Below are positions 1-7,544 of a stretch of DNA of 64,000 nucleotides, piece by piece. The position numbers and the translations under genes are program-made. A model generated the notes under the pieces. It was not told the origin of the DNA. It ran no database searches and was given only the letters and a program-made list of their open reading frames with translations. Location: the NCBI GenBank assembly GCA_028867025.1, contig JAGWHC010000001.1:187695-251694 (forward strand), written 5' to 3'. The first letter of the stretch is position 1, and every line of letters starts with the position of its first letter. The stretch is from Candidatus Micrarchaeota archaeon (GTDB lineage: Archaea; Micrarchaeota; Micrarchaeia; Micrarchaeales; CABMGC01).

Positions 1-458
1 ATCTCCCCCACTTCCACTATTCTCATGGGTTTCGGCGAGGGCACTACGCGCCTGTAGCCCTTAAGTAGGCGCTTCATCACGAACCCACTGTTCGCCAGCC
101 TCTCTGCGGCAGCCCTCCCGTAGAACCTGCCTATGGGCTTTGTGGGATTGAAGAACTCCTCGTCGTCCCTGCTCACGATCACGTGCGTGCGCACTATCCT
201 TGAGTCCTCCCCTGCCTTTTTGTCGACGCGGGCGATGCTGGACCTTATCTCGGAGCCGACCAGCGCCTGGGTCTCCTCGGTCAGCCTCGCGAGGCTCTTC
301 TTCTTGCGCAGCGCCAGCTCTCCGACCTGCGGGCCGTTGCCGTGGGTTATGACCACCTCGTTCCCGCGCCCTGAAAGCGATACAACGCTTGCGGAAAGCT
401 TATTAAGGGCCTTGCTGCTTTGGATGGCATTCCCACCGACGGCAATCACGTAGCGCAT
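1..458 (-). CDS. arcC: carbamate kinase, N-terminal part (gene runs off the window start)
   Basis: Open-ended, so absent from the ORF track. Hand translation from ATG (458..456): MRYVIAVGGNAIQ...EVVITHGNGPQVGELAL...; GGNA and THGNGPQVG are carbamate-kinase signatures. Confidence 0.75.
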   Translation of the reverse strand, partial: MRYVIAVGGNAIQSSKALNKLSASVVSLSGRGNEVVITHGNGPQVGELALRKKKSLARLTEETQALVGSEIRSSIARVDKKAGEDSRIVRTHVIVSRDDEEFFNPTKPIGRFYGRAAAERLANSGFVMKRLLKGYRRVVPSPKPMRIVEVGE

Positions 459-591
459 AAAAATCATCGACGACAAAAGCGCAGCATATATGATTGTCTT
501 ATAAAAAGGCAATTTATAAATACCAGGTCATGCATAAATACAATCACAGGGAAGACGGGGCCGACAAAGGGGTGTCGGAAGGGTGGGATGG

Positions 592-972
592 ATGCAAGTG
601 GGGAGAATGGGGGAGAACGAAATTGAGGAAGTGCCAGCCTTCGCTCGGAAAGCGAGCGCAACTGACGAGGCTGAGTACGCGGCCGAGGTGGCTGAGGACA
701 GGGACCTCGTATACCTCATAGAAAACACATGCATACACTGCAACAAGCTGATGAGCAAGAGCGAGGTAAAGATACTGCCTCCGAGCTACATACAGGAGAG
801 GGACCAATACGTGAGCGGCGGGGTTGTGAAGCGCAGGCTGATGTGCCTGCAGTGCTACAACGCGCTGAGGTCGAGCACGAGGCAGAGAGCGAGGTTCGAC
901 AGGTTCAGGAGCAGAAGCGGCGCAGGGATAGTGAGGACAGCGCTGGTGAAGCTGCTCGGCAGCGAACAATAG
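592..972 (+). CDS. hypothetical protein with two CxxC pairs (zinc-ribbon-like)
   Basis: ORF track 583..972; CIHC...CLQC; start uncertain (GTG 583, ATG 592 or 607). Confidence 0.5.
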   Translation: MQVGRMGENEIEEVPAFARKASATDEAEYAAEVAEDRDLVYLIENTCIHCNKLMSKSEVKILPPSYIQERDQYVSGGVVKRRLMCLQCYNALRSSTRQRARFDRFRSRSGAGIVRTALVKLLGSEQ

Positions 973-1036
973 GCTTGGCGGAGGACCGCGAAGCCCAGAG
1001 CTAATGCCAGTTTTTATGCCAAAATTCTCTTAGAAA

Positions 1037-1459
1037 TCAGCGTATATACGCTGATGTGGACCTTTTGCTCAGTCCGGACTCAATTTCATTTGCGATTTTT
1101 ACGATTTGTTCAGCGTTCCTGTTGAGAAGCTTGAGCCCCTCTTGGACGCAGAAGTCGTCCAAGTAGATTCCGATTGCGTCTGTAAGTGCGTCAGGGTGCT
1201 TGTACAGGACAGCAATCTCGTCCTTTGACATCGTTTCGAGAAGAGCGGTTGTTTCCTTGCTGCAGTAGTCTATCGCCCTTTGAGCAAAATCTTTTGCCTT
1301 GGCCTCCAGAGCCTCGCCCTTAAAACCTGCAATCGAATAAAGCTCCCTGCCTTCATCAGCAAAATGGGCTGATACCATTTCCTTCCAATTTTCCGGAGCG
1401 AGCCTCCTGAACTGGCCCGTACCTTCAGCAGAAGGTTTTGCGGCTGCGACTTTGCTCAT
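1037..1459 (-). CDS. hypothetical protein (140 aa)
   Basis: ORF track; 7 nt downstream of the C39-like peptidase gene on the same strand; no motif recognised. Confidence 0.55.
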   Translation of the reverse strand: MSKVAAAKPSAEGTGQFRRLAPENWKEMVSAHFADEGRELYSIAGFKGEALEAKAKDFAQRAIDYCSKETTALLETMSKDEIAVLYKHPDALTDAIGIYLDDFCVQEGLKLLNRNAEQIVKIANEIESGLSKRSTSAYIR

Positions 1460-1466
1460 TGCATCT

Positions 1467-2213
1467 CTACTTTTTGCCTGGCTTTGAATGCACTGCTATC
1501 ATGTGGTAGTTGTCCTCGAAGCCCAGGGCGGACTTGAAAGCGTTGGTGTCCAGGGTTATCGTGCTGTCAGAGTACGGATCGTTTATGTAGAAAGTGTCCT
1601 TGTCGTAGCCCTTGACAACGACCCAGTGCGGCATCGAATCAAGATATGAGTTGACTATGCGCGCGTCTATGAGCACTATAGGTATGTGACCTGAGGAAAG
1701 AGCCTTCTTTATCGAAGCGAGCGAAACGACTCCGTGGTCCTCCTCCACGCCGGCGTTCTCAGACTTCTGCTTTATCTCGTTGAACGAAGCAGTAAGCGTA
1801 TCGAGGTTGACGTTCTCGTACACTGCCATCTTCCTCTCGTAGCCCTCGTTCTTCGTGTTGCTCACTATGCCAACGTTTGCTCCTCTCTTGGCGAGAGCGT
1901 AAGCGAGTCCGTACTTTGATCCATACCAGACGCTGCCGTTGACCGCTTCCTGCCAGATATCGTATTCCTGCTCGCGTTTGAACTTGAAGCTCGGGCTTAT
2001 GAACTTGAGCACCATCATCGCGCAGGCTGCAGAGCTTGTGAAGTCCTCGGTCTGCGGATAGTGAGGTATGTCGAGCAGCACCTTGTCCTTCAGCCTTGCC
2101 TTCTTTATCTTCGCTATCACCGAGTGGGCCGGAGCGCTGCGCCTCGCGGGGCTGCGCCTGGCTGCCTTTCTAGTAGCCCTTGGCCTTCTTGTTTTGGTTC
2201 TCGTCTTTGCCAT
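1467..2213 (-). CDS. C39-like papain-fold cysteine peptidase with polybasic N-terminal tail
   Basis: Q-x10-C (PQTEDFTSSAACAMMVL), His (PHWVVVKGYD) and INDP match the C39-like layout. Start moved to ATG 2213 because the longer ORF (to 2273) overlaps tRNA-Leu. Confidence 0.6.
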   Translation of the reverse strand: MAKTRTKTRRPRATRKAARRSPARRSAPAHSVIAKIKKARLKDKVLLDIPHYPQTEDFTSSAACAMMVLKFISPSFKFKREQEYDIWQEAVNGSVWYGSKYGLAYALAKRGANVGIVSNTKNEGYERKMAVYENVNLDTLTASFNEIKQKSENAGVEEDHGVVSLASIKKALSSGHIPIVLIDARIVNSYLDSMPHWVVVKGYDKDTFYINDPYSDSTITLDTNAFKSALGFEDNYHMIAVHSKPGKK

Positions 2214-2248
2214 ATCAGTCCACCCTAAGCGCCCGGAAAGCAAGGATA

Positions 2249-2334
2249 TGCAGGGGGAGAGATTTGAACTCACGCAGGCCTATGGCCAGCAGATCTTGAG
2301 TCTGCCGCGTTTGACCAAACTCCGCCACCCCTGC
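2249..2334 (-). tRNA. tRNA-Leu (anticodon CAA), class II with long variable arm
   Basis: Hand fold: acceptor GCAGGGG/CCCCTGC, anticodon arm GCAGA-CTCAAGA-TCTGC, variable arm GGCC-ATA-GGCC, T-loop TTCAAAT; one U-U mismatch in the T-stem; no encoded CCA. Confidence 0.85.
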
Positions 2335-2459
2335 ACTCTATTGATTGCCAGGGATAACTTAAAATGTCTTGCAACTATTACTATATTGGGGTTATATTTA
2401 AACGTTGACGTTATAATCGGCGTTAAATCATAGCGCTTTTCCGACGGGGTTTGCTATTT

Positions 2460-3899
2460 ATGGAATTCAAGAAGCTGAGCGATGTCAAGTTCATGCTTGA
2501 GAAAGATGAGAGCAGGGGCATGCGGACAAACGTCGTGGTGTACGCAACGGAAAGCATGCTCCAGAAGATAAGGGGCGACAGGACGCTTTCGCAGGCAGCC
2601 AACGCCGCAACGCTTCCGGGACTGGTGGGAAACGTGCTCGTGATGCCTGACGGCCACGAGGGCTACGGCTTCCCTGTGGGCGGGGTCGCTGCGTTCGACG
2701 CGAACGATGGCATAATTTCTCCGGGCGCTGTAGGCTATGACATAAACTGCGGCGTGAGGCTGATAAAGACAGGCCTCACGGAAAAGGAGGTCAGGCCGAA
2801 GATAGGCAAGTTGCTTGACGCGCTCTTCAAGAACGTGCCCACGGGAGTAGGCAGCAGGCTCAAGACCGGCTTCTCGGAATCTGACCTGAAGAAGATAGCC
2901 GAGGAGGGTGCCGGATACGCGATAGGCAAGGGATTCGGCTGGAACGAGGACGTGGAAAAGATAGAGGAGAACGGGATGATCGTGGGCGCCGACTTCTCGA
3001 AGGTGAGCAGGGAGGCGAAATCTAGGGGACTTGAGCAATTGGGCACGCTCGGCGCGGGCAACCACTTCCTGGAAGTGCAGAAAGTAGACAAAATCTTTGA
3101 TGAAAGAACCTCAAAGGAGTTCGGGCTCTACAGGGACCAGGTCGTGGTTATGGTGCACTGCGGATCAAGGGGGTTTGGGCATCAGATATGCAGCGACTAC
3201 CTGCGCACGCTGACAGAGTACCAGGCGAGGAACAACATACAGCTCATAGACCGCGAGCTCAGCTATGCGAAAATCGGCAGCAAGGAAGCTGATGATTACC
3301 TTGCTGCGATGAACAGCGCCGTCAACTACGCCTTCGCGAACAGGCAGATGATAATGCACAACATAAGGAAGAGCTTCGAGGAGACGTTCGGCAGGAGCGC
3401 GGACGAGCTTGGCATGCATCTGCTGTACGACGTAGCGCACAACATAGCGAAGCTGGAGGAGCACACCATAGACGGAAAGAAGGTTGCTGTTTACGTGCAC
3501 AGGAAAGGGGCAACGCGCGCCTTTCCGAGGAACAGCGAGGGGATACCCAAGGAGTACAGAGGCATAGGGCAGCCCGTCATAATACCGGGCAGCATGGGCA
3601 CGAGCAGCTACGTACTCTGCGGCGAGGAGGGCTCGATGAAAGAAACGTTCGGCACAACGTGCCACGGCTCAGGCAGGCTCATGTCCAGGCACCAGGCCCT
3701 GCGGGAGATATCGGCCGAGAAGACGTTCGAGTCGCTGAAGAGCAAGGGAATAGAGATACGCGTTAGGACAAGGAAGCTGATCAGCGAGGAGGCGGAGTGG
3801 GTGTACAAGAACGTCGACGACGTTGTGGGAGTTGTGGAAAAGGCAGGTATATCAAAAATCGTTTCGAAGAATGTCCCAATGGGAGTAGTTAAGGGCTAG
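2460..3899 (+). CDS. rtcB: RNA-splicing ligase RtcB
   Basis: GYDINCGVR, HCGSRGFGHQ, GSMGTSSY and CHGSGR motifs; ATG 2460 preferred over TTG 2451. Confidence 0.95.
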   Translation: MEFKKLSDVKFMLEKDESRGMRTNVVVYATESMLQKIRGDRTLSQAANAATLPGLVGNVLVMPDGHEGYGFPVGGVAAFDANDGIISPGAVGYDINCGVRLIKTGLTEKEVRPKIGKLLDALFKNVPTGVGSRLKTGFSESDLKKIAEEGAGYAIGKGFGWNEDVEKIEENGMIVGADFSKVSREAKSRGLEQLGTLGAGNHFLEVQKVDKIFDERTSKEFGLYRDQVVVMVHCGSRGFGHQICSDYLRTLTEYQARNNIQLIDRELSYAKIGSKEADDYLAAMNSAVNYAFANRQMIMHNIRKSFEETFGRSADELGMHLLYDVAHNIAKLEEHTIDGKKVAVYVHRKGATRAFPRNSEGIPKEYRGIGQPVIIPGSMGTSSYVLCGEEGSMKETFGTTCHGSGRLMSRHQALREISAEKTFESLKSKGIEIRVRTRKLISEEAEWVYKNVDDVVGVVEKAGISKIVSKNVPMGVVKG

Positions 3900-3920
3900 G
3901 ACTGATACCAGCCAAGACCT

Positions 3921-5027
3921 TCAAGAGCTCCTAATTCTGAGTAGTTGTTTGCCTAGTTCGTGTCTGATAGTCTTCTCAAGCAGTTCAGGCGTGAGGGCCC
4001 CTTTGCCTTTTAACCAATAGCCGTGCCGTTCAGGATGCTCTGCTTCCTCAGGGTCAACAAGCGCATAGGGATCCGCTAGCCCTTCTATGTATTTGTAGTC
4101 GAACTTGCCTTCTTGCAGCGCCTTCAATGGCAGGTGTCCGTATATGTTTTTATCAAGCTCGTATTCGATCTTTTTGACAGTACCTTCAATATCGTTCACG
4201 TGTGCTTCGATTCCCCCAGCTCTTTCCAGAATGCTATTCAGACTTAAAGAATTAAAATCAACCCGCTGATAGAAACTTAGCTGCTTACCGACGTCGCTAC
4301 CATATTTTTTTCTGCTGTACTCATTATCAGCAAAACCCACAAACAAATAGTACATCTCTCCTTCATTTCCTTGAGTTATGGGCAATAGTTGCAAAGGACC
4401 ATGCTTCGCACAATAGGACTGCAGCTCAGCATCAGAAAGCAGCTCAATCATCTTTTCTTTAAGTACTTTCGCATCTCTTTCCACCTCACTCTGGACGATG
4501 GGCCTTCTTGTTATTCCGAAAAATTCAGGATCTAACAATTCAGGAGCCATTTCCAATGATTCTTTTAACGTAATTAGGAAGTCTGTCGCGCTTTTTTTAG
4601 TAACAACGGCGTTCGCCAAAATCTTAGTTGGCCATATGGTGACTAATACTCTCGTATTATTTTCGTCCTGTGGAATCTCATAGAAGATTACGGCCGGAGC
4701 TATGTCTACATCACCTAATATGTGTGCCTCCTGATAACTTCCTCTGGGCAGATTCCCAGTTTCCATCTTCTTCTCAACTGTTACGCACAATTTCTCGTAT
4801 TCCTGTTTTGTCACCATAGGGGTTTTGGGCGCAACATGTATCCGAAGAGCATTCTGGACCCCGATTTTCTCACCAACTCCAGAAACACTAATCTCGTCCA
4901 CGTTTGCCAAGCCGCTAAGCACATTTGTCTTCAATCTTTCAAGTGTTTTTGAAGAATCGGTCTTCTTAGTCGTGTTCATACTGTCAGACCCATCTGCGTT
5001 TGCTTGCTTTATAAGTATATTTCTCAT
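3921..5027 (-). CDS. hypothetical protein (368 aa) in an AT-richer island
   Basis: Long ORF with no competing frame; no motif recognised; composition visibly AT-richer than the flanks. Confidence 0.6.
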   Translation of the reverse strand: MRNILIKQANADGSDSMNTTKKTDSSKTLERLKTNVLSGLANVDEISVSGVGEKIGVQNALRIHVAPKTPMVTKQEYEKLCVTVEKKMETGNLPRGSYQEAHILGDVDIAPAVIFYEIPQDENNTRVLVTIWPTKILANAVVTKKSATDFLITLKESLEMAPELLDPEFFGITRRPIVQSEVERDAKVLKEKMIELLSDAELQSYCAKHGPLQLLPITQGNEGEMYYLFVGFADNEYSRKKYGSDVGKQLSFYQRVDFNSLSLNSILERAGGIEAHVNDIEGTVKKIEYELDKNIYGHLPLKALQEGKFDYKYIEGLADPYALVDPEEAEHPERHGYWLKGKGALTPELLEKTIRHELGKQLLRIRSS

Positions 5028-5128
5028 TTTGTTTTGACAATCAAAGGCTAGTATTAAACCCTTATCAGATCAATCTCTGGTTATTTGGCTTGACTGCTGG
5101 CCGAGGTCCAGTGTTGTGAAGGGCTAGC

Positions 5129-5941
5129 TCACATCTTCGATGCCTCTTCTGTAAGCCTTATCCTGTAAAGCAGCTCGCGGGACATGGATACGTTTGCTGT
5201 CTCGCCGAGCTTGTTGAGAACGGCCTCTGCTTCGGCAAGCTTGTTGTGCTTCGCGAGGTACTTTGCAAGGTAGTAGTATGCGTTAATCTCGCCCTTCGCC
5301 AGAGAGACGCTCAGGCTGACCTCGGCCTGTTTCGTGTTCTTCTCCACGCTGTACACAAGCAGCGCGTACTCGGAAAGGGTGCCGCGCTTGTCGAGGCCCT
5401 GCAGCTCCCTGAGCGTCAGTGCGGCGTCAACGAGGCGCTTCAGCCTTATCTCAGACATGAACTTCATGAAGACTAGCGCTGGGTCTATCTGCATGTTGTG
5501 CTTCTGCTCGTCCCCCACGATCTTTACGACCTTGAAGAAGCATTCCTTCCACTTCATCGTCAGGTCGAGGCTGGTCCTTATGCTTGTCGCGTTCGATTCC
5601 ATGAAGCCGCTGAGATTGTAGTCCTTGCTCTCAAACATCATGGAGGAGAGATTGAGGTAGAACACGCCGAGCAGGTACAGCTGCTCCGAGTCAGCATTTC
5701 CCTTCATCATCTGGTCAGCGCTCTTGAGCGCGGAGCTCCAGTCTTTCAGGTCGACCTGCGATTTCACCACAGCGAACGGCGCCTGCGCTCCTGCGACGGT
5801 GATGTCGACGAACTGCTCGCAGAAGTTGCATGAAGCGGCTTTGCCGCTCGCAGAGAAGGTGTTGGTGCTGCAGTGCGGGCAGCGCTGCGCTACCGGCTTG
5901 TAGCTCGCAAGCAGTCTCACGTACTTTCCTACATCCAGCAT
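5129..5941 (-). CDS. hypothetical protein, N-terminal CxxC..CxxC zinc ribbon plus helical-repeat C-terminal part
   Basis: CPHCSTN...CNFCEQF at the N-terminus; C-terminal YYYLAKYLAKHNKLAEAEAVL resembles a TPR/Sel1-type repeat. Confidence 0.6.
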   Translation of the reverse strand: MLDVGKYVRLLASYKPVAQRCPHCSTNTFSASGKAASCNFCEQFVDITVAGAQAPFAVVKSQVDLKDWSSALKSADQMMKGNADSEQLYLLGVFYLNLSSMMFESKDYNLSGFMESNATSIRTSLDLTMKWKECFFKVVKIVGDEQKHNMQIDPALVFMKFMSEIRLKRLVDAALTLRELQGLDKRGTLSEYALLVYSVEKNTKQAEVSLSVSLAKGEINAYYYLAKYLAKHNKLAEAEAVLNKLGETANVSMSRELLYRIRLTEEASKM

Positions 5942-5988
5942 CCAAACACGCTATTTTCTCGCTCTAAGCTTTAAACAGTTGCCCTTCA

Positions 5989-6543
5989 TTACGATGCACC
6001 TTCGGAAACCCTGCCCTTCAGGGTAGGGAGGAGAAGGTCGCCGATTTTGCGTTGCCTTCCCCTGTGGGTTGCGTCCCACTCCTTCTGCCTTGCCCTCAAC
6101 ATCTGCTGTTCAATGTATCGCTTAACCTTGTCCTCGCTGATGTATCCTGCCGTGCTGACGTAGTAACCATCAGCCCAGAGGCTCTTGCCCATTCCCTGTT
6201 TCAGTTGCGGGAATACCCTTCGCAGTTGTATGCTTGAGTTTCCCTTCAGTATGTTTGCCACGTATGATGCGCTGTTCTTCGGCGGAACGCTCACGAACAG
6301 ATGTATATGGTCGGGTTGCATCTCAAAGGCGAGGACGTGCCAATCCCTTGACTCTGCCTGACCTCGTATGATGTCCTCGCAGATTGTCCTCAAACCTCTG
6401 CTTACGAAAATCCTTCTGCGATACTTGGGAATCCACACGAAATGGTAGTTGACGTTGTATGTCGTGTGGGCTTCCTGCCTTATCGTGTCCAGCTTCTCTC
6501 CGAAGTTCGCTTCGGGCTTGAAGTGCGGGAATTGGTTTCTCAT
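5989..6543 (-). CDS. tnpA: IS200/IS605-family Y1 (HUH) transposase TnpA
   Basis: YHFVWIPKYRR, HUH motif HIHLFV and catalytic Tyr region GYYVSTAG; its ATG overlaps the upstream stop (ATGA at 6543..6540). Confidence 0.9.
   Translation of the reverse strand: MRNQFPHFKPEANFGEKLDTIRQEAHTTYNVNYHFVWIPKYRRRIFVSRGLRTICEDIIRGQAESRDWHVLAFEMQPDHIHLFVSVPPKNSASYVANILKGNSSIQLRRVFPQLKQGMGKSLWADGYYVSTAGYISEDKVKRYIEQQMLRARQKEWDATHRGRQRKIGDLLLPTLKGRVSEGAS
6009..6028 (-). repeat. subterminal hairpin (candidate right end), inside the 3' end of tnpA
   Basis: Plus strand ccctgccc-ttca-gggtaggg, an 8-bp stem; minus-strand reading CCCTACCCTGAAGGGCAGGG. Confidence 0.5.
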
Positions 6544-6962
6544 ACCATCAATATTTTTGAAACAATATCCTTGTTCCGCTTTTCTCTGTAAACTTGAATA
6601 GACTCACGCTTTTTGTATGCAAGAAAATCTGCATCCTTTAGTGCTTCAATAAGTTTGTTCCTTGAGAGATGTATGATTTCTTGAGTCGGCAATCCCATTA
6701 TCACGATATGCTTTCTTTCAATTCTGACAAGACAAGTCCTATCTTTCAGAATCTTGAAAGCGGAGAAATTGTCTCTATAACCTTTGTCTACAAAAGAATG
6801 CACAAAGACATCACGGTATTGCGTTGAGAGATAAACATCTATTCCGCTACTCTTGCTTCTTGGTTGTTCGTAGACTACCTTGCAGGCTAATGCAGTATTG
6901 ACAAGTAGGTTTTCTTTCCATCCCAAGTCTTTGAGACTCGTGCCTATTCTGTCTTCGTTCAC
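6540..6962 (-). CDS. hypothetical protein (140 aa), candidate toxin partner of the AbrB-like gene
   Basis: GTG start overlaps the AbrB-like stop (GTGA at 6962..6959); its stop overlaps the tnpA ATG; AT-rich; no family recognised. Confidence 0.6.
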   Translation of the reverse strand: MNEDRIGTSLKDLGWKENLLVNTALACKVVYEQPRSKSSGIDVYLSTQYRDVFVHSFVDKGYRDNFSAFKILKDRTCLVRIERKHIVIMGLPTQEIIHLSRNKLIEALKDADFLAYKKRESIQVYREKRNKDIVSKILMV

Positions 6963-7093
6963 TCCCTCACCTTTTCCACGCTGACTCTGACCTTGTCACC
7001 CTTCTTCAACTTGAGGACTTCCACATACTCCTGTGGTATCGTTATGCGGTTCGCCTCAAGGACTCGGACTATGAAGGACTCTTGTGTAGTCAT
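6959..7093 (-). CDS. AbrB/SpoVT (MazE/VapB-type) swapped-hairpin DNA-binding protein, 44 aa
   Basis: Below the ORF-track cutoff. Hand translation: MTTQESFIVRVLEANRITIPQEYVEVLKLKKGDKVRVSVEKVRE; RITIP...KxGDxV is the AbrB-fold signature. Confidence 0.65.
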   Translation of the reverse strand: MTTQESFIVRVLEANRITIPQEYVEVLKLKKGDKVRVSVEKVRE

Positions 7094-7422
7094 ACTGAAA
7101 CACCTATTGAATGAAGGACTGAGTTATAACAACCCAAATCAGAACAGAATAGTTTTCCTTCTTTGTTCTCAACCATCTGATGACCACACAAACACATTCC
7201 AGATAGTCTTTCGTATTGCGCTCCGAAATCCTCTTCTTTTTCAAGTTGATGGTTTATCATCGTAGTGCTTCCTCCTACCTTGAGATAGTTTTCCCACGCT
7301 CCTTTCTGAGAGCCTTCTGCGCACTCTTCATCGCTCTTGCCTTCTTCCTTTAGTTGTTTCCATACAAGAGCTTCTTTTGCTAATTCTTTGCACGCCTCTA
7401 TTAGTTCTTCGTTCTTCGCCAT
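7090..7422 (-). CDS. hypothetical protein (110 aa), acidic helical N-terminus plus C-terminal CxC..CxxxxC zinc-ribbon-like motif
   Basis: ORF track; CLCGHQ...CSDLGC; stop overlaps the AbrB-like ATG (ATGA at 7093..7090). Confidence 0.6.
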   Translation of the reverse strand: MAKNEELIEACKELAKEALVWKQLKEEGKSDEECAEGSQKGAWENYLKVGGSTTMINHQLEKEEDFGAQYERLSGMCLCGHQMVENKEGKLFCSDLGCYNSVLHSIGVSV

Positions 7423-7480
7423 TTTCTCACAGATATACTATGTATCTATATGTATTTAAATGTATGCTTGTTGTCTGTAT
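7423..7480 (-). promoter_or_regulatory. promoter/operator region of the four-gene cassette with phased direct repeats
   Basis: ATGTAT at 7440, 7450 and 7460 (exact 10-bp phasing) and TGTAT at 7476; these overlap the minus-strand TTTAAATA TATA-like box about 35 nt upstream of ATG 7422. Confidence 0.45.
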
Positions 7481-7520
7481 TACCACGCTATTACGCCTCT
7501 TTCATCGCTTCTCGGAAATA

Positions 7521-7540
7521 CCCCAGACTTTAGGCTGGGG
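7521..7540 (-). repeat. hairpin (candidate left end, and/or flpA terminator)
   Basis: Plus strand ccccag-actttagg-ctgggg; minus-strand reading CCCCAGCCTAAAGTCTGGGG, identical to the 6009..6028 hairpin at 13 of 20 positions. Confidence 0.45.
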
Positions 7541-7544
7541 TTCT

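Noticed and set aside
2214-2273. N-terminal extensions given by the ORF track (1467..2273; also 12176..12340, 23050..23199, 32865..32951, 26621..26746, 41679..41717)
   Set aside because: The extensions overlap a tRNA or a neighbouring gene, or they contain the gene's own TATA box, and they translate to Cys/Ser/Arg-rich junk. Downstream ATGs sit 25-30 nt after TATA elements.
6540-6962. The 140-aa partner of the AbrB-like gene as a PIN-domain VapC toxin
   Set aside because: It looks beta-rich, has N instead of the first catalytic D (LLVNTAL), and has no consistent spacing of the remaining acidic residues.
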